Source: Candidatus Woesearchaeota archaeon | Lineage (GTDB): Archaea > Nanobdellota > Nanobdellia > SCGC-AAA011-G17 > JACPIM01 | Direction: 5' to 3' | DNA length: 26,922 nucleotides | NCBI GenBank assembly: GCA_964513145.1 | Contig: CAZELK010000011.1 | Location: forward strand, 1-26,922 | Part shown: positions 18,137 to 25,338 of the stretch, piece by piece | How the letters are laid out: each line of letters begins with the position of its first letter | How positions within the stretch are numbered: the stretch's first letter is position 1 | Notes under the pieces: model-generated | The model's database searches: none | Seen by the model: the letters and a program-made list of their open reading frames with translations, nothing else | Told to the model about the DNA's origin: nothing | Program-made: the position numbers and the translations under genes

Positions 18137-18246
18137 CCCGAATATTGCTTATAATCTGAAAATACCCTAAAACTCCATTTAAAAAAATAAATATTCTTGG
18201 TTTATTTGGGCTTAAAACTACTTTATACAACAATTTCAAGGTTACA

Positions 18247-18260
18247 AAAAGATTTATATA
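18247..18260 (+). promoter_or_regulatory. BRE-TATA promoter (aaaagatttatata)
   Basis: Identical to the minus-strand 14-mer at 25258-25271; spacing favours ATG 18284 as start. Confidence 0.6.
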
Positions 18261-18283
18261 TTAAAAAATGAATGAAATTTTAT

Positions 18284-18493
18284 ATGAAAAATTTAAAGGT
18301 GATTGTAAGTGCTTTTATAATCTTATTATGGAGTTTTACTTTTGCCAAAGTTGACATAACTGGAAAAGCAGTAAAAGAATATACTGTAGGTGGATTTGGT
18401 TTTTTCCCAGTTTTATCTGTTGTTTTTCTGCTTGTTAGTTTTGTTTTAGTATGGTTATATCTGAAGAATGAAGATGAGTATACAACTCATTAA
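18284..18493 (+). CDS. small 2-TM membrane protein with ITGKAV motif
   Basis: Two hydrophobic helices flanking DITGKAV; start moved from 18272 on TATA spacing. Confidence 0.65.
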   Translation: MKNLKVIVSAFIILLWSFTFAKVDITGKAVKEYTVGGFGFFPVLSVVFLLVSFVLVWLYLKNEDEYTTH

Positions 18494-18520
18494 AACTTTT
18501 TTTAAAAAGCTTTACCAAAA
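18491..18520 (+). repeat. short palindromic dispersed repeat (copy between convergent genes)
   Basis: taaaactttttttaaaaagctttaccaaaa matches the copies at 25380-25407, 25411-25440 (inverted) and 25478-25510. Confidence 0.7.
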
Positions 18521-18534
18521 AAATTATTTAATAA

Positions 18535-19977
18535 TTAATAAGTATTAGCTATATAACCTATTTCATCAGAATTTTCTTTACAAATTACGCATTTACCTTT
18601 AACCTGCTTTAAATCTGTTCCAAATAATTCTATTCCTTCAGATATCTCTTTAATTTTAATCCAACATTTTTCTGAGCTGCACCAATTTACTTTAGCAACT
18701 TTTTTGTTTTGCATAGATTCACTAATATCTTTTGCATTTGAAACTTCTACTATTATATTTTTATTGAGCTGCTTAGAATTTTCATAGAGCTTGTCCTGAA
18801 TTTTCTCCAAGATTATTTTTGCTTCTTTTGATATGTCTGATTCTTTTATGATCTTCTTTTCAAATGTCAATCTATTAGTTAAAGTTAATTGCTTATTTTC
18901 AATTTCCTTAAGACCTAGCTCAACTCTTAACGGGACTCCTTTTATTTCCCAATCATAAAATTTTCTTCCTATTGTTATTTCTCTGTCATCTAAATGTGTG
19001 TTTATTCCAGATTCAGTTAAAGATTTCAAAACTTCTTTTGCTTTTTTTACAACTTTTTCTTTATTTTCTTTATTAAATACTGTTGTTATTACAACTTGAA
19101 TAGGAGCTATTTTAGGCGGTAAAATTAAACCTTTATCATCACCATGAATTAAAATAACTCCTGCTAATAATCTTGCACCATTTCCTGTACAAACCTGCCA
19201 AGCATATTCTTCTTTTCCTTTTTCATCTTTGAATTTGATATTGAATTTTTTAGCATAAGCCTGGCCAAGTTTATTTATAGAACCATTTTCCATAGCTTTT
19301 CCATTTGAAATTAAAGAATAATACTCTATGGCACCAACTGCACCAGGAAAGCATTCCCACTTTGGTTTATTAACTCTTAATGGTTCTAATGCCAACTCTT
19401 TCCATATTTTATCATTTAACTTAATATGTAATTCTGCTTCTTTTTCAGCTTCTTCTTTTGTTGCATGAACTGTATGTATCTCATGCCATACAGTTATCTC
19501 CCTATCTCTTATAATTGGCATTGTATGCTTTGTTTCATATCTAAAACTTGAAACTGTTTCATAGATTCTTATTGGCAAATCTTTTTTAGTTCGTGTCCAT
19601 AAAGAAAACATTGGGTACATTGCTGGTTCACCTGTTGGCCTTAAAATATAATTTGCTTTTTCTTCATCTATTCCTTTAACCCAGAATGCTTCTTCTTTAA
19701 AACCATCGAACCACTGATCATTTTGTTTTGCATATTCAATAGGAACCAATAATGGAAAGTACATTTCTTCAATCCCAGAATCTTGAAATAATTTGTCCCA
19801 TATATTTTTTATATTCATCATTGCTTTATATCCATATGGGAGCCATACATAGCATCCCTTGACAAGGTATCTCTTATCAATTAATTTGGCAGTTTCAACA
19901 ATGTTTGTATACCATTTAGAAAGGTCTTCTTTTCTTGCTGGCATTTCTTTTGCCTGCCCTATATCTTCTTTTCTCAT
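18535..19977 (-). CDS. proS: proline--tRNA ligase (archaeal/eukaryotic type)
   Basis: VKGCYVWLPYG, LRPTGEP, FRYETK, IHGDDKGLILPPKIAPIQVVI, anticodon-binding domain, C-terminal Zn domain ending in Tyr. Confidence 0.97.
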   Translation of the reverse strand: MRKEDIGQAKEMPARKEDLSKWYTNIVETAKLIDKRYLVKGCYVWLPYGYKAMMNIKNIWDKLFQDSGIEEMYFPLLVPIEYAKQNDQWFDGFKEEAFWVKGIDEEKANYILRPTGEPAMYPMFSLWTRTKKDLPIRIYETVSSFRYETKHTMPIIRDREITVWHEIHTVHATKEEAEKEAELHIKLNDKIWKELALEPLRVNKPKWECFPGAVGAIEYYSLISNGKAMENGSINKLGQAYAKKFNIKFKDEKGKEEYAWQVCTGNGARLLAGVILIHGDDKGLILPPKIAPIQVVITTVFNKENKEKVVKKAKEVLKSLTESGINTHLDDREITIGRKFYDWEIKGVPLRVELGLKEIENKQLTLTNRLTFEKKIIKESDISKEAKIILEKIQDKLYENSKQLNKNIIVEVSNAKDISESMQNKKVAKVNWCSSEKCWIKIKEISEGIELFGTDLKQVKGKCVICKENSDEIGYIANTY

Positions 19978-20052
19978 AAAATGTACTATTTTAAGACGTT
20001 ATATAAAGTTTTTGAATAAATTTTTATATTAGTTTGAATTATAATAGTTTAA

Positions 20053-20544
20053 ATGGAATTAATAATCCTTGGCTTAGATCCTGGTTCTACTATAGGTTAT
20101 GCTGCTTTAAATTTAGATGGGGAATTACTTAAAATAGAATCTTCAAAAAACAGCAATTTAAATCAAACTATATCTAAAGTAAACATGCTGGGAAAGATTG
20201 TAGTTGTTGGCACGGATGTAAATCCAGCACCTAAATTTGTTGGAAAGGTTGCTAGCAATTTGGGGGCTGAGATAGTTGAACCTAAGGATGACTTGTTATT
20301 AAAATATAAGAAAAAATTAACAAAGGAGTTTTTAAAAGATAAAGAGATCAAGATTAAAAATAAACATGAGCTTGATGCTTTAGCTGCTGCGTTAGCTGCT
20401 TTTAAACATTACAAACCCTTATTTAATAAAATCGATAATCATTTAAATCAAATAAATAAACTATATTTAAATAAAAAAATTAAAAATACTGTTTTAGTAA
20501 ACAAAATGTCAATAAAAAAGGCGTTAGAGAAATATGGTTGTTAA
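20053..20544 (+). CDS. DUF460-family RNase H-fold protein
   Basis: ILGLDPGSTIGYAALNLDG, VVGTDVNP.P..V.K, HELDALAAA. Confidence 0.85.
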   Translation: MELIILGLDPGSTIGYAALNLDGELLKIESSKNSNLNQTISKVNMLGKIVVVGTDVNPAPKFVGKVASNLGAEIVEPKDDLLLKYKKKLTKEFLKDKEIKIKNKHELDALAAALAAFKHYKPLFNKIDNHLNQINKLYLNKKIKNTVLVNKMSIKKALEKYGC

Positions 20545-20836
20545 TGTTGATTTTAAAAGGGATGCATTCTTATTATTTTGTTCATTATTATTTTATTTAG
20601 CTTTTTTATTTTTAAATATAGCGCAAGATAGCGATGCACGAGAAAATCAAAGTTTCAATGACTATGACACACCGCCAGAAATATGCAATAATATATATGA
20701 AGACAGAATTTTTAAAGATGAATCTGGACATGAAATATTAAGATGTGTAAAGCTAGGCATACCAGAAATTACTATTTATCCCAAAACTTGCCAGGAATTA
20801 AAATTTATATCTGATTATCCTTTAAAGGAATGTTAA
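20534..20836 (+). CDS. hypothetical membrane-anchored protein
   Basis: N-terminal TM helix, small Cys-containing extracellular domain. Confidence 0.55.
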   Translation: MVVNVDFKRDAFLLFCSLLFYLAFLFLNIAQDSDARENQSFNDYDTPPEICNNIYEDRIFKDESGHEILRCVKLGIPEITIYPKTCQELKFISDYPLKEC

Positions 20837-20903
20837 TTCTTAGTTCTAAAGTATTGTAAGAATATACAAATATTTTTAAATTATAGGTTAATTCTGAAGT
20901 AAA

Positions 20904-21035
20904 ATGGTATTGAAATGCAAGGAATGTGGAAAAGAATTAAAAGTAATAGTTGACAATAATCCCTATAATTCTGATGTTTATTATATTGGAAACAAGGTTG
21001 TTTGCGGTGAATGCTTTAAAAAACACAAAAACTAA
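20904..21035 (+). CDS. 43-aa zinc-finger microprotein
   Basis: Below the ORF-track cutoff; hand translation MVLKCKECGKELKVIVDNNPYNSDVYYIGNKVVCGECFKKHKN*, with CxxC-x25-CxxC. Confidence 0.75.
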   Translation: MVLKCKECGKELKVIVDNNPYNSDVYYIGNKVVCGECFKKHKN

Positions 21036-21247
21036 GCTAAGTCTATTATTCTTCCAAGACCATCCCACCTAATCACTTTCTTTTTACCAAATATTTCTTC
21101 CTTCGATACTTCTTTTAACGGCTTTTTTATATATTTTAATCCGCTGCTTTTATAATTGAAAAAATCATATATCAACGTAATTTGATTTGTTTCAGAAACT
21201 ATTATTGTTTTTTCTTCAAAAAAATATATTCCGTCTTCCACTAACAA
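21032..21247 (-). CDS. hypothetical protein, possibly a 5'-truncated remnant
   Basis: TTG start, begins just beyond the diverged att-like repeat; no motif recognised. Confidence 0.4.
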   Translation of the reverse strand: MLVEDGIYFFEEKTIIVSETNQITLIYDFFNYKSSGLKYIKKPLKEVSKEEIFGKKKVIRWDGLGRIIDLA

Positions 21248-21282
21248 AAAAGAATTTTAATAATTTATAAATATTTATGTGT

Positions 21283-21382
21283 GGGTCTACAACGATTCGC
21301 TTCTGATTTAGGTTGTAGCTTGTTGCATTTAATATGTAGTAATTTATTTTTTGACATTTTTATCAAATTCTTCATCCTCCTT
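21283..21382 (-). repeat. diverged att-like repeat with upstream arm (SD + MSKNK micro-ORF, 21265-21357)
   Basis: Core gggtctacaacgattcg is 14/17 identical to the tRNA 3' core. The arm cttctgatttaggttgtagct is 19/21 identical to 23290-23310. Both share atgtcaaaaaataaa and aaggagg on the minus strand. Confidence 0.82.
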
Positions 21383-21394
21383 ATTATTCCATAA

Positions 21395-21550
21395 TTATTT
21401 CATTTTTCGTTTTTGAATTTCTTTTAAAAAATTATTTTCTTTTCTGTTTTCTTTTGTTTCTTTTCCTATATCATTTTTAGAAATATTTTTCTCTTTAGCT
21501 GTTTTCCACATAATTTTAAAAGTATTTTCAAATTCAGTAAAGTCTTTCAT
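21395..21550 (-). CDS. 51-aa hypothetical protein cotranscribed with the TA pair
   Basis: Hand translation MKDFTEFENTFKIMWKTAKEKNISKNDIGKETKENRKENNFLKEIQKRKMK*; aggt SD-like sequence upstream; starts 6 bp after the antitoxin stop. Confidence 0.5.
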   Translation of the reverse strand: MKDFTEFENTFKIMWKTAKEKNISKNDIGKETKENRKENNFLKEIQKRKMK

Positions 21551-21556
21551 TTTTAC

Positions 21557-21862
21557 CTATTTTGTCGGAATTAATTTTATTCCTTTTTCATCTGGAATCA
21601 AGACTACTTCTTCTTCATCTTTTAATTTAAATTTTTCTACAATTTCTTTTGGTATTCTTAACCCTAAACTTAAACCCCATCTTGTTAATTTAACGTGGTA
21701 GTTTTTCATAACTCTATATTTTTCTGCAATATTATGCAACTGATTCATATTTAGAATTTCTTCTCCACATTTTTGACATTTAAAATAAATATATTCTATT
21801 CCTTCTGGGGTTTTGTTAATTAATTCTTTCATTTCTCCATTACATTCAGAGCATTTTTTCAT
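21557..21862 (-). CDS. antitoxin: YgiT/MqsA-type zinc finger fused to AbrB/MazE DNA-binding domain
   Basis: CSEC...CQKCGEEIL finger; RWGLSLGLRIPKEIVEKFKLKDEEEV is an AbrB fold. Confidence 0.85.
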   Translation of the reverse strand: MKKCSECNGEMKELINKTPEGIEYIYFKCQKCGEEILNMNQLHNIAEKYRVMKNYHVKLTRWGLSLGLRIPKEIVEKFKLKDEEEVVLIPDEKGIKLIPTK

Positions 21863-22089
21863 TTTTCCTCCTCAATTGTGAATATTTTTATTTTTGTTCC
21901 AATAATTTGACCAACACAAATAATTGTTCTTTTACTTCCTTCACTTATGAACTTGACACCGTGCTTTCCAAATCTTTCTATTTTTCCTTTGATTAAAGTG
22001 TCTTCTATTAAATCTGGATTGATTCCTCTTTTCATAGCTTGTATGAAAACGTGATGTTTAATTTCTAAGTCATACTTGCTTATATCCAT
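21859..22089 (-). CDS. DUF4258-family (RelE-like) putative toxin
   Basis: HVFIQAMKRGINPDLIEDTL...KIKIFTI; ATGA overlap with the antitoxin. Confidence 0.72.
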   Translation of the reverse strand: MDISKYDLEIKHHVFIQAMKRGINPDLIEDTLIKGKIERFGKHGVKFISEGSKRTIICVGQIIGTKIKIFTIEEEK

Positions 22090-22099
22090 TTAATATCAC

Positions 22100-22119
22100 T
22101 TAATATTATAGAATATTAA
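22100..22119. promoter_or_regulatory. inverted repeat, putative TA operator
   Basis: ttaatatt-atag-aatattaa between a TATA-like box (22124-22131) and ATG 22089; all-AT arms, so weak. Confidence 0.35.
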
Positions 22120-22210
22120 ATAGTATTTAAATATTTGCATTTGAATTTTATTCAAGAAAAGTTTAAATTCTTAAATAACATAAACTTTATTAGAAAATCT
22201 TTCAATAATT

Positions 22211-23236
22211 ATGGTTGATTTAGAATTAAAAGAAAAAGTAGAAGAAATAAGGAGAATTAAAGCTAATCGATATTTAGGTACAAAGGATGCTTTAAATTTA
22301 ATTAGACTAAAAGAAGAGTTAGAAGATAGACCAACAAAGATTTCTGATTTGATTAATAAAGAATTGGGGTATGCTAAATATAAGGCTACTCCCGAAGGCA
22401 TAGCTTATATTGATAGGATGGAAAAAGAATTTGGAGGCTCTTTAAGAAGTTCCAATTCTTTTATTCCTACAGAAAATTTAGAAAAAAATATTAGAGAGGT
22501 ATTTCAAGCTTTAGGACTTGGTTTATGTTCTGTTTTTGTTGAGTATGAAGAAAGAACCGGATTCATTAGAAAAGAGATTGATAAAAATATTGTTAAAAGA
22601 TTAATAGATTATTATAAAAAAGCTAATGAAATAGGTGTTGATACTGAAGAAAAATTTAAGCAATTTGTAGTGGACCAATATATATTACCCCTATTCGAAG
22701 GTAGGGTAAAACCTGTTTATATAGACTTTTTTAAGAGTAATCCAAATATTGTTATTGCTAAAGGTGAAAATCTATCTCTTTCTTATAGAAAAGAAAAATC
22801 TCTTAATAACTATTTAATAAAAAAGAAGATTGAAGAAAAAATACCAAAAAGAATTTTAAATGATTTAGTTGGAAGAGAAAAAAAACACGGAAGAGAACTT
22901 ATTGATATTACTCTTGAAGACCATTTGGAACTTTTTTCTATAAAAAGTATGTTCGGAGATGAAAGAGTAATAGATTCGAAAGTTATCTACGAATATATCA
23001 TAAATGAAGATCCAGAAGAAGTATATAATTCTATAATATGGGAATTAAATAGTAGAATAACTGGTTGTTCATCTGTTTTGGCAGAAAGCAAAATTCCACA
23101 AAGTGCAGATAAAAAGAATTTTCTGAAAGAAGTAAATCAAAATCTTCAGAAACTTAGATTAATTCGAGAGGCTTATGGAAGAGAAAAAAGATATGTTATA
23201 CTTAAAATAAAGAATTTTATGCCAAGAAATGAATAA
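22211..23236 (+). CDS. hypothetical protein (341 aa)
   Basis: Long open frame; no recognised motif. Confidence 0.7.
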   Translation: MVDLELKEKVEEIRRIKANRYLGTKDALNLIRLKEELEDRPTKISDLINKELGYAKYKATPEGIAYIDRMEKEFGGSLRSSNSFIPTENLEKNIREVFQALGLGLCSVFVEYEERTGFIRKEIDKNIVKRLIDYYKKANEIGVDTEEKFKQFVVDQYILPLFEGRVKPVYIDFFKSNPNIVIAKGENLSLSYRKEKSLNNYLIKKKIEEKIPKRILNDLVGREKKHGRELIDITLEDHLELFSIKSMFGDERVIDSKVIYEYIINEDPEEVYNSIIWELNSRITGCSSVLAESKIPQSADKKNFLKEVNQNLQKLRLIREAYGREKRYVILKIKNFMPRNE

Positions 23237-23268
23237 ATAAAAAGATATGACGCTTTGGAATAGAAACA

Positions 23269-23355
23269 TATCGGGCCTACGAGGATTCGCTTCTGACTTG
23301 GGTTGTAGCTTTTGGCTTAGCTGGTAGTTTATTTTTTGACATTTTTATCCTCCTT
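23269..23355 (-). repeat. attR-like repeat: 21-bp tRNA-Arg(TCG) 3' core (23269-23289) preceded by conserved arm with SD and ATG (23342)
   Basis: Core identical to 25336-25356; arm homologous to 21300-21382. Confidence 0.9.
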
Positions 23356-23364
23356 ATTTATTAG

Positions 23365-24108
23365 CTATTTCTTCTTTAATTTCCAAATTGAAAATAAAGG
23401 AACTTTTCTATAAAATTCATATTCTTTTGGGTCAATTTTCTTAGCACTACGTAAAGGTTTTGTATCTTCATAATCAATTACTTCAAAACCATATTTTTAT
23501 GTAAGATTAATAATTGTTTTCGGTTTTATAATATAATTAAATATGTTTATTTTTTTACCGCTTTTTGTAGTATAAATTATTTCAGTTTTATCTGTTGTAA
23601 AATAATTCCTTATTCCAAGAACTTTGTATTTCTTTCCTTTTATTTTCATACCTTCTCCAGCTCTTGCTATTGGATTTCCAGTAGAAAAAATAAAAATTCC
23701 ATTTGGTTTTAGTACTCTTGCTATTTCTTGAATTGGTTTATCTAACTTTTTTAAATAATGTAGTGACAATGAAGCGAAAACTATATCAAAATTTTCATTA
23801 AATGGTATATTTATTCCAGACCCAATTTTTATTTCCGTATTTGGATTATTTCGTTTTGCTATCTCAACCATTTCTGGCGAGATATCAAATCCTTTAATAA
23901 TTGCTCCTTTAGATTTTAATTTTTTAATATAAATACCTGAACCACAACCCCAATCTAATATTTTTTTATTTTTAACATTTCCAAGCATCTTCATCATTGA
24001 AGGCATTTCTGTCATTTCGTTGTAAAAAGATTTTTTTGTTCTTGTTTTATGATATTCTTCTGCAAGACCTGAATACATTTTAATTGCATCTTTTTCGTCT
24101 TTGTTCAT
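23365..24108 (-). pseudogene. class I SAM-dependent methyltransferase interrupted by an in-frame TAA (23497-23499)
   Basis: ILDWGCGSG, GFDISPEMV, FDIVFASLSLHY. The frame continues past TAA for 43 codons (KYGFEVIDYEDTKP...KVPLFSIWKLKKK*) with a typical MTase C-terminus. Confidence 0.8.
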
Positions 24109-24653
24109 TTTTTCTTATCCAATTCATTTAATAAAATATTCATCTCAAGCAAAAATTGTTTTGCTCTTTGTAGAGAAGTTTTAGCTTTTGCCTGTTTGTC
24201 AATATCTTCGGTCCTGTATTGGATTTTACTTCTCTTTGCTTTCTCTTGGTCAAAGGATTCAATTAAAGAATCAGCTTTTATTCCAGCCAAATTAAGAGCC
24301 TCATCTTTGCTGTCTTCATATCCTTCAATTAAAGTCTCTTTTAATTTTCCTCTTGCGTATATTATCAAGGCATCAGCAGTTACTTTATGTGCAATTTTCT
24401 CTCCGACTCTATATCCTAATTTGCGAAGAACAGCATTAGCAATATAAAACATTGAATAATAAGAGCAAACAATAACCCATAAGTCAGATATTCTTTCTAT
24501 ACTTAATTTTTTTGCTGAGTCTATACTCTCCTGAGCATTTCTTAACAAAACTCTAAGAGCATCTATGTTTAGAGGTTCTTTTTTTAATAAGCCTTCTTCC
24601 AAATAAGATTTAACATTAGTTTCAGCCTCTTTTATTCTATCTTTCGTTAACAT
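24105..24653 (-). CDS. HEPN-domain protein (UPF0332-like), toxin partner
   Basis: WVIVCSYYSMFYIANAVL, H..T..AL, and R-X4-Y (RSKIQY) at the HEPN catalytic position. Confidence 0.85.
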   Translation of the reverse strand: MLTKDRIKEAETNVKSYLEEGLLKKEPLNIDALRVLLRNAQESIDSAKKLSIERISDLWVIVCSYYSMFYIANAVLRKLGYRVGEKIAHKVTADALIIYARGKLKETLIEGYEDSKDEALNLAGIKADSLIESFDQEKAKRSKIQYRTEDIDKQAKAKTSLQRAKQFLLEMNILLNELDKKK

Positions 24654-25227
24654 TTTTTAATAGCCTATAATACTCCTCTATTCCGATTAATATAAAATTC
24701 TTTTTAAGGACTTCGCTTACAACACTAAATTCTTTGCTTGTTGCCATTAGAATAAAACTTTCATAAGTTACAGGTGTTAAGTGGATATCTTGAGGAAATA
24801 TACTTAGTTTGTCTTGAACTTTTTTAAAGTGTTTCTCATCAGAAATAAGAAGAAAATCTATGTCTGAATGTTTTGTTGCTGTTCCTTTAGCATAGCTTCC
24901 AAATAAAAGAATAATAAATGGAAACTCTAATTTTGACAAGCTATCATAAATTACTGGAAATTCCCTTTTCTTGAATAAATTCTCTCTTCTCAAATACTCT
25001 GCTTTGAAAACCAAATCATTAAATTTATTATTGAATGAACATAAAGTAGTATTCCCTACTTTCTTTAATTCTACAATATTTTCTTTCTCAAGAACTTTTA
25101 AAGCATTATAAGCAGATTTATAATTTATTTTTCTTTGCAAGGCTATTTTTCTTATGCTATAAATTTCTTGTTTATTTTCAATTAATAACTTTAATATTTC
25201 TATTTTCTCACTAGGTTTATTGTCCAT
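24637..25227 (-). CDS. wHTH + minimal nucleotidyltransferase (MNT) antitoxin
   Basis: YSIRKIALQRKINYKSAYNALKVL (HTH); LLFGSYAKGTATKHSDID is GS-X10-DXD; ATG at 25227. Confidence 0.9.
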   Translation of the reverse strand: MDNKPSEKIEILKLLIENKQEIYSIRKIALQRKINYKSAYNALKVLEKENIVELKKVGNTTLCSFNNKFNDLVFKAEYLRRENLFKKREFPVIYDSLSKLEFPFIILLFGSYAKGTATKHSDIDFLLISDEKHFKKVQDKLSIFPQDIHLTPVTYESFILMATSKEFSVVSEVLKKNFILIGIEEYYRLLKNVNER

Positions 25228-25231
25228 ATTA

Positions 25232-25249
25232 AACCATAATATTATGGTT
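25232..25249. promoter_or_regulatory. perfect 18-bp palindrome, putative operator of the wHTH-MNT
   Basis: aaccataatattatggtt equals its reverse complement; lies between the BRE-TATA (25258-25271) and ATG 25227. Confidence 0.65.
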
Positions 25250-25338
25250 AAGAAACATATATAAATCTTTTGATAAAATCTTCGTCGTTTCGTTCCCACT
25301 AGCTACCGAGCTACTCGCTAATCGCTCCGTAGAAGTAT

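Larger units (their letters stand above)
21283..23289. mobile_element. putative mini integrative cassette 2 (~1990 bp unit): orphan gene + DUF4258/YgiT-AbrB TA + small ORF
   Basis: Bounded by direct att-like repeats; accessory cargo; no integrase. Confidence 0.5.

Noticed and set aside
15530-18220. Loose similarity between intergenic segments 15530-15595 (reverse) and 18150-18220 (ccctaaaa...tttattt..gcttaaaa)
   Set aside because: Short, gapped and AT-rich; cannot be told from chance by eye.
23269-23289. Split or permuted tRNA halves at 4699, 21283 and 23269
   Set aside because: The fragments start in the T-loop, lack the 5' T-stem strand and show no complementary leader or BHB-forming flanks; the full gene exists at 25339-25477.
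23497-23499. Stop-codon reassignment or programmed readthrough of TAA
   Set aside because: TAA ends many bona fide genes here (alaS, tfe, proS) and only one gene is interrupted.
25228-25299. N-terminal extension of the MNT ORF (MGTKRRRFYQK...)
   Set aside because: Non-ATG start running through the att arm, TATA box and operator; ATG 25227 fits the promoter.
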